DNA of 63,514 nucleotides, counting the filler, from Stramenopiles sp. TOSAG23-2 (Eukaryota): assembly GCA_900128395.1 (NCBI GenBank). It is 8 parts of 8 records of this genome, joined end to end, with 100 filler letters (N's around TTAATTAATTAA, not from the genome) between each part and the next. Parts side by side here need not be neighbours in the genome. Positions count along the whole stretch, not along the records: positions 15,975 to 23,837 come from LT650266.1; positions 23,938 to 31,797 come from LT650267.1; positions 31,898 to 39,733 come from LT650268.1; 5 more parts are not named here. One strand, 5' to 3'. The translations under genes and the position numbers were made by a program. The notes under the pieces are model-generated. The model was not told where the DNA came from. It saw only the letters and a program-made list of their open reading frames with translations, and did no database searches. Below are positions 21,471 to 31,899 of this stretch, one piece after another (within the stretch, counting starts at the first letter, position 1; every line of letters starts with the position of its first letter).

Positions 21471-22640
21471 CTATGCGAGTTGGTAAATGTTCAAACTATG
21501 AACGAAACATGATAGTAATGCATGATGCTTGTTACAAAAGTGGTGTTTCAAATGGTAGAAAAGACCCCTTTTTGTGTTACTAACAACAGCATTTGCTTCA
21601 CACAGCTTACACTCATATTTCCCTGACAGTGCTTTGGTTGCACATACCAAAGAGTTAATGCCATTTGTAAAAGAGGATACAATTTTATTTTTCATTTCAT
21701 TGTCAATGATTTCATTCATTATTAGATCATGCTTATATACTTTGCAAAGGTACATACCAGTTTTCACATCAATTTGCTTAACTTGCACAGTTTCTTTGTA
21801 CAACAATTTGCAAATCCAACAATACTGATATTTGAAGTGCTTTAGCTTAACATAATCCATTTGACAATTCAATACCAGACCTTTGTTATTTACACATTCT
21901 ACACAGTATGTCAAACTTGATTTCTCATTGTATTTGTATTTTTTCCAATGTTCCTCAAGGGTAGTAGTACAAGCAACACACATATTTGAATTATATGTTA
22001 TTTTTTTTGAAATTAAACTTGTTACCTGATGCTGGTCATTTCTTAATTTACATAATGTATCTTGAATATTAAATTCCCTAAACACTATGTTTTCCACATA
22101 TGTTCCAAGTCCTTTGAACCACATAACACGTTTCTTCCTGTGTTTACCATTTTGTTGAATGAAGGCAAAATGAGCTAAAAAAACTTTCAGAATTTTGATT
22201 TTCCTGGATTTGCTCATACCCTTCTTTTGGTGTTGATTTAACATTATAATAGGCATTTTTTCACCTTCCCAGCCACATGTACAACCTTTTGGATGTTGTA
22301 ATTTTTTATATTCTTGAAAAGTACAGAAAATGGTTTTTGAATCTACTACATCATTAGTGCAAATATCAATTTGGTCATAAATTTTTGAAAGTTGTTCAGG
22401 AATCTCATCTACATTCATAATATCCTGAATATCATCAACAATATTGTTTGCAAAAGGACTCTCTGTTTCTTTTATATTCAGCAATTTGCACAATTTGCTC
22501 CTTAGATCACCCAGTGTTTCCTTTGAAACTGTTTCAGCTATGTTTTGTAAATTGAAACTGACAAGACCTGTTTCATACTTCCCTTCTAAATTACTTATGA
22601 ACCTTGTTGAGAGAGATACACCTGTATTGCCTGAACTTTG
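21471..22640 (-). CDS. Cys-rich orphan ORF (several CxxC motifs), start-less; probably mobile-element or viral derived
   Basis: The frame stays open upstream of the annotated TTG to about 22640. It contains CVAC, CVEC, CWIC, CKLC and HFCNKHH, and is almost CpG-free. Confidence 0.55.
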   Translation of the reverse strand, partial: QSSGNTGVSLSTRFISNLEGKYETGLVSFNLQNIAETVSKETLGDLRSKLCKLLNIKETESPFANNIVDDIQDIMNVDEIPEQLSKIYDQIDICTNDVVDSKTIFCTFQEYKKLQHPKGCTCGWEGEKMPIIMLNQHQKKGMSKSRKIKILKVFLAHFAFIQQNGKHRKKRVMWFKGLGTYVENIVFREFNIQDTLCKLRNDQHQVTSLISKKITYNSNMCVACTTTLEEHWKKYKYNEKSSLTYCVECVNNKGLVLNCQMDYVKLKHFKYQYCWICKLLYKETVQVKQIDVKTGMYLCKVYKHDLIMNEIIDNEMKNKIVSSFTNGINSLVCATKALSGKYECKLCEANAVVSNTKRGLFYHLKHHFCNKHHALLSCFVHSLNIYQLA

Positions 22641-22927
22641 ACCAAGGACATAGTGTCTACAATCAACAGAATGAAGTTGAAGAAAAAATTAAAAAATTAT
22701 TTGCTGAATTGAAGGCTAGCGGTCGTAGTAAAGTAACACAAACATTACATGAATGTATATATAATGAGAGTGATTCATTATTGCCAACAGATATCCCATT
22801 CCCGATGTATGGAATTAAAAGTTCACAATGTTGTGAATCTACAAATAGTGCACAGAAAAGATTTGGAGAAAAATTTGGGAATGGTTTTCATGCTCTAAGA
22901 GCAGGAGCAAGGGCACCATCTTGGTAA
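22637..22927 (+). mobile_element. Possible Mutator-like (MULE) transposase fragment
   Basis: MYGIKSSQCCESTNSAQK resembles the YG.xTSN.xES.NS motif around the catalytic Glu of MULE DDE transposases; this rests on one motif. Confidence 0.4.
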
Positions 22928-23401
22928 GTAAAACAAACAAACAAAAAAACAAAAGAAATCGTTAGAAACAATACTATATTCAGGGGAAATATAATATATA
23001 TACATCTACCTTATATTATATACATATATATATATATATCATAATCCATCGTGTTTGTGAATAATCTTGTGATTTCATAATATATATACATTCAGTGAGA
23101 AGGTATTTTAAAGATATAATAAATATTATATTAAATAAATCATCTTTCAAGATTATAATATATATATATTTTGAAATAATAATTATGAAAAAAGGTTTTT
23201 TAAATATGCAAATGTGTATGCAATGACTTAAGCATCACAAGGAATGTGTTCAATAATCGTTATAGCACAAACTCTTCTTATGTTAGTGTAACAAGTAGGT
23301 TAATTATTATATTACAGGCTAGAAAAAATAGATTTTGTGAAAGTTGAAAATTATTTTCATTTTAAAATAGTAACGATATTCCATTACCATATTTTCAGTC
23401 A

Positions 23402-23617
23402 TTGTTGTTATTACCAGGTGTTTTAGTTTTATATTATAATAAACGACGTTTTTTCAAAGAATATGTTGGAACATGGCCATTTTCTATGCTATGTGGAATT
23501 GGCGGGTTTTTATTTGCATTAGATTATCTACACGATGCATATTACGTTTATTTCATGTTTAATCTTGTGATATTTTTAAAAAATAGTTGTTATGTATTTA
23601 GAAAGAGGGGTGTGTAA
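23402..23617 (+). CDS. Possible last exon of a small membrane protein
   Basis: Hydrophobic ORF followed by the TACG-rich 3' flank seen after real genes in this window. Confidence 0.3.
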   Translation: MLLLPGVLVLYYNKRRFFKEYVGTWPFSMLCGIGGFLFALDYLHDAYYVYFMFNLVIFLKNSCYVFRKRGV

Positions 23618-23837
23618 AATGAAAAGTGAAAAAAGAGTGTGTGTGCTGTTTAAAAACACATACATGATGCGTGGTGGTAAAAACTCGTGTAATTAAAAAA
23701 GAAATTTTTTATCAGAGTGTACATAATTTTTTACGAATATAAAAGGTACGTATTTTTTTTTTTTAACACAAAAGTACCCGCCCACGATGTGTTTGGTATT
23801 ATTCTACGCGTACCTGTAAACGCTCTCCCCCCCCCCC

Positions 23838-23937
23838 NNNNNNNNNNNNNNNNNNNNNNNNNNNNNNNNNNNNNNNNNNNNTTAATTAATTAANNNNNNN
23901 NNNNNNNNNNNNNNNNNNNNNNNNNNNNNNNNNNNNN
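23838..23937. other. Artificial contig spacer
   Basis: N44-TTAATTAATTAA-N44. Confidence 0.99.
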
Positions 23938-23991
23938 TTAAGTGCAAATAAGAATACTAAATTTTCATAGGTGCCAAGTCCACATCTAGTA

Positions 23992-24232
23992 GGGCTGGCC
24001 TTAGGGCTGGATTGATTATTAATATTAAGATTACCTCCCCCTGGATAATTGCCAGATTGCCAGCCCAGCCAGCCCGGCCAGCCCTAAGGCCAGCCAGCCA
24101 GGCCAGGCCAGCCAGCCCTAAGGCCAGGATTGCCAGCATGGGCCAGCTGGGCCAGCTGTGGGCTGTGGGCCAACTGATGGGCCAGCCCAGCCACAGCCTT
24201 ATTGCTGGATTGCCAGATTTGTCGAATGGCCA
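23992..24232. repeat. GC-rich CCAG/GGCC low-complexity island
   Basis: gccagcccagccagcccggccagccctaaggccagccagccaggccagg... in otherwise AT-rich DNA. Confidence 0.85.
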
Positions 24233-25258
24233 CATATACTTTATGTATACTAATTACTATTGATTACCTATACAACACGATGTAATGCTATGTCATGCTA
24301 CTGGAAATAGTGAGACCCATTTTCTAATAGTGAAATAGTGTATCGATATAATTTATTGATGTTTTTTAGCCCATGCTGTGTGTCGTCTGCAACGGCCAAT
24401 TTTGAACTTAGCATGGAATAACATTACTAATGGTGTGTATATTCTAGAAAATTGTAGTGAGTGCTGTGTCATGCTATCTCGTGGCCATTATTTGTTTGGC
24501 CATTTATGAAACCCTGTAGGAAAGCCTGCCAGCCTGCTAAGGCATGTAGGCCAAAATATCGCAGGAAAAATTATCGTTCTCTCTAATTTTCCATATTTTT
24601 GGAAAAACTATAAAATATCCGTAAAATATTAAATATAATAACTATTATTTTTAACTTATAAAAACTTATAAATACTATCATGATTTCCATAATTATATTT
24701 TCAGATTCCCAAAATTTGAACAATTTTATCGAATCTAGCATCGACACAGCATTGTTGGCCTCAATGCTATTCCAATTCTAATAATAGCATTTTTCCACAA
24801 AGTTGATTGTGTGACACAAATATTATTTTAATTTAGCATAATCACAGCAACCATAATAAATAAATCCTTCCAAGCTGAATGAGGTAGATCCAAAAAGGGA
24901 TACAATGTACATAGTACTAGTACCAGGTAGACTACTATGTATTTTTTTTATTTGCATATCAATACATACACTCTGTATATATATATGTGTATAATAATAG
25001 ATAGTAATAAATAAAACCATTTATTGAAACATTTCGTCCGTAAATACACTTCCAATTTCATCGATACACTTCTTATAATACAAATACAGTTAATTAGCAC
25101 ACGGAGAATGCCTCTTTAATTGCTGATTTATACAAGCGTTTATAACAATATTTGTGCAATAATAAGTAAAAAAAGTTCTTAATTTGGTTGTTTTTAATAT
25201 ATTATTGTGGAATTTCGTTAATATAGACGACTATCAAGTATTCATACGAATATATTAT

Positions 25259-25305
<47 letters not shown>

Positions 25306-25393
25306 TATACAGAAATATTGTATACGACATTGTTCTGAGATATTTGAATCTTGTATATTATCTGACGTAGTACATATCTAAATAGTTCGTACG

Positions 25394-26359
25394 ATGGCAA
25401 CAAATAATAATACTACTACACATAACAACGAAAATATATCGCCAGATGGTAAATATGAAAGGACGACAGATAAACTAGGCGAAGGTGCTTTTAAACAAGT
25501 GTTCAAGGCAGTTGATACCGAGGAAGGTATTACGGTAGCATGGAACGAAGTTGATATCCAAGCATTACCAGCATCAGAAAAGAAGCGTGTAATTGAAGAG
25601 GTCAAAATTTTGCAGCAGGTGGAACATGATAGAGTCATGAAGTACGTCAAGTCATGGTATGAACCAGCTACCCACCGTGTCGTAATTATTACAGAAATTT
25701 TAACTGAAGGAACCCTGAAAAATTTTACGCAGCGTGTGAAAACAATGCGTTTACGTATGGTTCGTAAATGGTCAAGGCAAATACTAGAAGGTTTGTCCTA
25801 TTTGCATAATTTAAAACCTCCAATTATTCACCGTGACTTAAAATGTGACAACATCTTCATCAATGAAAAAGGTGATATTAAAATTGGCGACTTAGGATTA
25901 TCAAAGCGTAGCGGAAAAGGCGAGCAAACAAAGACCGTATTAGGGACACCTGAATTTATGGCACCAGAGCTATATAGCGAGGCATATGACGAGACAGTTG
26001 ATATATATGCGTTTGGTTTGGCATTGTTAGAAATGGTAGGAAAAGAAACACCATATAGTGAATGTATGAATATAGGTCAAATTATTACTAAAGTTAGTGC
26101 CGGAAAAACACCTGCTTTATTAAACAGAGTAACCCATCAAGGCTTGCGGGAATTTATATTTTATTGTATAACGAAATCAGAAAATGGCAAACGACCATCT
26201 GCTCAACAATGCTTGGATCATATTTTTCTTAACTCGGATAAGGATGATGGTGATATAGCGGGGCTAATTGAACCAATAGAGAAGATGGAAGATATTGCTG
26301 AAGAGAGTGAAGGTAAGACGACTGGTAATAGTAATAATATTAATAATAATAACAATATC

Positions 26360-26394
<35 letters not shown>

Positions 26395-28645
26395 TGATAG
26401 TAAAAAAGTGACGAAAGTAAAAAGTGATGAGGATAATTTTGATGTCAATGGAAAGTCAAAGAAAAACGAAGATGGTGGTGTGAATCATGTAAAACAAAAA
26501 CAAGAAAGTGATACGAACGACATAACCAAGGAATCAAGTACAATTAAAAATGAAGCCCCTGCAGCTAATGTCGATGATAATGATGATAATAGCGACAATA
26601 GCAATAACGACAGCAAAGATAATAACGTTATCGATAATAGTAATCAACAAAAAGCTAATAATGAAAAACCGAAAGTGATGCAGGAAAATGAAACAGTAAA
26701 TGATGTTGATAGCACGAAAAAAAAGTCCGCGCCAAAAGATTTGAATGTTGATACTAACGGAAAAAAAGTTGAAAACGACAATATTAGTACAAATGTGGAA
26801 GAATCAACTGAAGCGGATGATATGGCGGAGATGCAACGTGAATTTAGACAAAGCCAAAAAGACGAAGCAATTGAAAAAGAAAAGCAACTACCTAAAGATG
26901 ATCAATACTTTTCCCAATTGAATTTTAACGACACAGAAGAAAAATCAAAGGTATCAGATAATAGAAACCAGAAGAAATTGAACAAAAAGAACAACACTCA
27001 AGTGAATGGTAATGCAGGACCTGGAGCAGATGGCGAAGTAAAAGTAAAAGACACATCGTCACAAAAATGGACTTTATCATATCAAAGAGGGAAAGACGGA
27101 CAAAAGGTGGACACAGATGGTGTACGAAAAATCAAATTGGTTTTGCGTCATGCACATGGTCATAATTTAAGCCAATCCGATAAAATTCCTGCCATTAAAT
27201 TCGACTTTGATCTACATAAAGACGATCCATATACATTAGCGTCGCAAATGAGTCGCAAAGGCTTAATTTCAGAATCTGAATTGATTGGAGTTGCAAATTC
27301 ATTAGCAAAACTTCAAGTAAAGCACAGATATACATATGCAATGTCTCAGCAAAATCAAGTTAAAAATATTTTCACTGATTTAGCAACGCCGGAGTCATTC
27401 CCCGTCCATGTCAAATCATCAAATAATTCGCTTATTAGCCCGAAAGGAAGCCTAGAAGTTAAAACAAAGTCTACATCTATATCCGATTCAGCAAATAATG
27501 CTAAAAATAATAGTCAAAATGAAACCAAAGTGTCTGCAACAACTCCACCATCCGGAGCCAATCGAAATAACATCAATAACGACGCAGGAAAAGCCGAGGA
27601 AGTAAAAGCAAAGCAAAAACAACAGACATTGGAAAAAATACGCCTAGACGTAAGCCAGGGATTAATAAACGTTAAACATTTGTTGCAAGAAGTAGAAAGT
27701 CTTGCGAAAGAGAAAGACAGGGAAGCAACTGTTGCAGAGCAAAAGAAAAAAGAGGAACAGGAAAAGTGCGGAAACATTCAATTGTCACAAGCGTTGGGTA
27801 AGGAACTCTTTGTTCTTAATAATTACTCTAAAAATTTAGCAAAAATTATTGAAGAAATAGAAGAGAAACAAGATAAGTGCAACGAGATAGAACGACGCAT
27901 GGAATCGTTAGATGCTGGTATTAATAACACAGACATTGATGACCGGGAAGATGAGAACGATAGGCGCAAAATAAAAGAGCTACGAGAGAAACTAGCGAAA
28001 GATACAGAAGAGCGCAAACGTGTATTGAAGCAAATGGAATCGCAGCCTGCTACAGTTAATATTCCAAGTCAAATTAACGAAGAAACGGAGGAAAAAGACA
28101 ATATAGGTGTAGCTGTTCATATTGATATAAACAATAGCAACAATAGTGTCAACGGCAGTAGTAATATGAATTTAAACAGGGCCCCAAGTGGATCTTTTGA
28201 ATTTGCAAAGACGGAATTGCAAGTGAATGTACAGCAAGCTGTCGTTGATCAAGTGGTAAAGAGCAACAATGATGTTTCAGTTACACTTCAAACCAGCACG
28301 AATGCAATGCAAGGTCAAAGTATTTCAAGGAATCAAACTCCAAGGCCTCAAATTACAGAAGAAAATGAGAGCAAGGCTAGCAAGAGCACTAATGATACAA
28401 TTAAAGTTGATGGTGCTAGTAATGATTTGAATACCAATAAAGTAAATAATGTAGATACAAATAATGCCAGCGGAGGATTAGTTAATAAAATCGACGCTCC
28501 CAGTAATGGAACCAACGATACTCGTTCTAATAAAACTAATACCGTAAATCAAGAAGAATCAAAAATTAAACCCGTCGCTAATAATGTAGATAACAGTGGG
28601 GTATTGAAGAAGAAAGATTCAACAGATAATTCCAGTAATCAATAA
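25394..28645 (+). CDS. WNK: WNK-family Ser/Thr kinase with a long low-complexity/coiled-coil tail
   Basis: LGEGAFKQVFKA (Lys in subdomain I), VAWNEV (no Lys in subdomain II), PPIIHRDLKCDNIFI, KIGDLGL, GTPEFMAPE, and an IKFDFDLHKDD CCT-like motif. Confidence 0.95.
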
Positions 28646-28812
28646 AAAAATATACGTACTAATATACTCGCGTATATATATTTAGAGGGAGGAGCATATG
28701 CTGTTGGTACCATTCGTATTATGTACTTCGTATTACATTTGTATTACTTCTCTCGTATATACGGTTCGTGTATAGGAAGTTCGTATTATGTATGCATACA
28801 TGTATATATATA

Positions 28813-29138
28813 ATGATGGTTAAAATCTTAAGTTATACGTAATAATTTTACTTCTCACATGTTTTAAATAATATGCTCAATACTCAATCTCGAGAATAAA
28901 TATTCTATCCTACTATAGTGTTAAAGCTTTAACGCACGTCTGCAAACTAATACTCCACAAGCACGAGTAGGTTTCTATCCTTCCTGCACTCGTTGAACGG
29001 GCTGGACGTCGGGTTCACTCGAAAGCGATGAGGCTGTCAAAGTGAAAGATCCTGTTGTGAACAACAACCGATAACTATTTGGATAAAGATCTCGAAGTGC
29101 ACGGTTGTGGCAAAAAGCCGCGGTTTTGATCACCTTAC
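28813..29138 (+). mobile_element. Short structured interspersed element (SINE-like), copy 1, flanked by (TA)n
   Basis: 28818-29092 aligns, with scattered substitutions and indels, to the reverse complement of 36696-36966 on another contig. Confidence 0.75.
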
Positions 29139-29161
29139 ATATATATATATATATATATATA

Positions 29162-31797
29162 AGTGAAACAGGTGCCACACAAGGCTGCCCGCTGGCAATG
29201 ATGCTTTTTGCATATGCCTTCTCTAAAGTCTTCGAGAAACTACGTGATATTTTAGAGCCGGAAGAGGCCAATACCGACCCGGCAGACAAGACATTTCTGG
29301 GAGCAATTGCAGATGATGCAGCCATTATTGGTACGCCGGATAAAGCTGTTCTTATGTATCTGCACATGCAAAAAATTGCAGATGATGATTTCAACTTAAA
29401 ATTTCATACCTCAAAATGCACTGCTTTCTCCTTTGGGATAATTAAGAATGACATGATAACAGCCATGGAAGAGGCCCAGAATGATATACTACGTAACAAT
29501 CATTCACTACACCCGTACCGCATTGATTTCGGGGCACTAAATATATCTAATGATGGTATACGTCTATTAGGAGTTCCACTTGGTTCTACTGATTTTAAAA
29601 TTCAATACATGGAGAAAGTATTTGACGTAGTGAAAGATGACTGGCAAAAAGTGTTAGCTAAAGTTTCAAACCATAAATGGAGACTTGATTTGCTGAAATA
29701 CTGTTTAAATCCGCGCTTTAATCACTTATTTCGCTGCGTGGAACCGGAGGTTACATCACAAATAGCTGATAAACTGGACAAGTGGTTTTTTGACCAAGTT
29801 TGTGACTTCGTTTGCCCACACTGGGAGAAAACGGACCACGCGTTATTCCGCCATTTTATGACTCCAATATCGTACGGCGGCTCTGGAATGACTCCTTTTC
29901 GCACCAAGGTTGATGTTGCATATGTTGCTTCCTGGCTTGATTGTCTATTTGATAAAGGAATTGCCTCCAATGGAATACTACCGGATGGTTCTAAGCCATT
30001 TTCAGAAATGCACGGTATATTCGCTCCATTGGCTCTCACACGACCTGAGTTACAAATGGCACCTCTAATGATACAACCAGGGAGCTCACACCATGATCGT
30101 CTTCAAATATGGGCATCGAACTCACAGCTAATGAATTTTAGTGCTATGGATGCAGATGTTAAATCATTTACAGCATTCCAAGATTCCTGTAAAAGGCTAA
30201 TGGCAGTCCCTGAAATTCGTAGAGCTTGCTTTGAATCACCGTTAGCATATCATGCCATCAATGGTAAGCATTGTCACATTCATCCGCACCTTGGTATTCC
30301 GCTTCCGTCACGTGCAACTATCTCCGGAGCTGCTATATGGGATAATGCCCAGCATCGCCAATTTGACAGTTTACCAAAACATAAACGTGACGACGCTTTG
30401 CATTTTGCACATAGCAATTTTAAAAAGTCAACTGCACATGAAAAGATACCTTCTAGTGTTTGTCATATTCTGATTGATATTGCAAAAGATTCTTATGCTC
30501 AGCACCTCTCATCTGGAGAATGTTTGATTTGGCTTTTAGGACGCCCTGATGATGATGGTTCCTCATCTGCACCTTTTTGGAAAATTGATACCATCCCAGA
30601 CGGTGTCGATGACGATGGTAACCCTCAATTTAAACCTCTGGCTCCTCGTAAACGTGTGCAATCCATATTGCAACGACACCTCATGGACTCCATCATGAAC
30701 ATTTACCTTGATGATCGATATCCGGATATTTCCACGTTTGCTTCCCCACGTGATTGCATATCTGATGATCCAATTCAACTATTAAGTTCGTACAAACCCA
30801 TGTCCAAGGAAAGACGAGTATTAATGTATACTTCATTAACTGGAGCCAAAACAGGATGGTCATTGTTCCACTTGTCAAATCGACCAAATTGGGAACTCAG
30901 CAACTCGCGGACTTTTTGGCATGCCATGGACATGAAATTTCAGCGTTTCTTGAAAGAATATCGTGAACTCTGCATACACTGCAAGGAGCGTTCCCATCTC
31001 GGGTTTTGTCCTGGTGCAACTCATGCTGGTGCGGCGCATCCGAATGCACGCCAAAATGCACGAGGTGGCAGATGCCTTAACAACTGTACCAAGGGCGGGA
31101 AATATGCACTTCATGATGCAGTCCAAAATGCTTTAGTTAAAGCTCTGAATGGTGACAATATCAAAGCTGTTGCGATTGAAGCCCACCCATATTCGACCGA
31201 AACGAATCGCACAGATATTTCGATTTCCTCTGCAGAGAAGCCAGATGAACTTCTATTTTATGTCGATACAACAATTACAAACAAAACCCAACCTAAGATA
31301 CCAAAACTACGAAAATTAACCGTCGAGAATGATCCTCTTGACTGCTGCCAAAACTTATTGATGAATACGATAGTCGTTGACAACCACATTTTCCAAGCTT
31401 CAAAATTAAAATTACAAAAGTACAAAAGAAGCCATGATAATGCACGTGCTAACGGTTCTCGCTCTAATGCATCAATAGTTCCATTCGCAGTCGATACGCT
31501 AGGAAATTTTTGCTCTGTTGCTATTACCTTTTTAAAAGCAATCGCTAAAACAAAATTTGCAAAAGTCTCGAACAAAGCCGAAGTAAAGGAGCTCGCAGCT
31601 TCCAATTGGATTTCTACTACGTGTAGAGATATACAAACCGCGATTATTAAAACTTGCGCCTATAATAATCGTTTTGCTTTAAAATGTGCATTTGGTGAGT
31701 CGTATAATGATTTGTACCCTGGTACAATTTATTCTCCGCCTTCCTATGATGTCCGTTTTCCATCAGCTATTATGAGTAGTTGATACTATCTATTTAC
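29162..31797 (+). mobile_element. 5'-truncated CRE-clade non-LTR retrotransposon (RT + Cys/His region + restriction-like endonuclease); ORF ends at 31783
   Basis: RT motifs GATQGCPL, AIADD and GIRLLGVPLGS; PRFNHLFR; TPISYGGSG; C-terminal CTKGG...HDAV...E...RTD...VDTTI...KLQKY...PFAVDTLG. It begins right after (AT)n at 29139-29161. Confidence 0.88.
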
Positions 31798-31897
31798 NNN
31801 NNNNNNNNNNNNNNNNNNNNNNNNNNNNNNNNNNNNNNNNNTTAATTAATTAANNNNNNNNNNNNNNNNNNNNNNNNNNNNNNNNNNNNNNNNNNNN
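31798..31897. other. Artificial contig spacer
   Basis: N44-TTAATTAATTAA-N44. Confidence 0.99.
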
Positions 31898-31899
31898 CA

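Noticed and set aside
23957-24263. Overlapping 92-aa and 83-aa ORFs
   Set aside because: By-products of the stop-poor CCAG repeat.
28940-29060. Hammerhead, HDV-like ribozyme or group I intron call for the structured element
   Set aside because: No CUGAUGA/GAAA core on either strand and no convincing HDV nested pseudoknot; the spacing is too short for a group I core. Left unassigned.
29105-29161. N-terminus MWQKAAVLITLHIYIYIYI of the retrotransposon ORF
   Set aside because: Read-through of the upstream element and (AT)n; RT homology begins at 29162.
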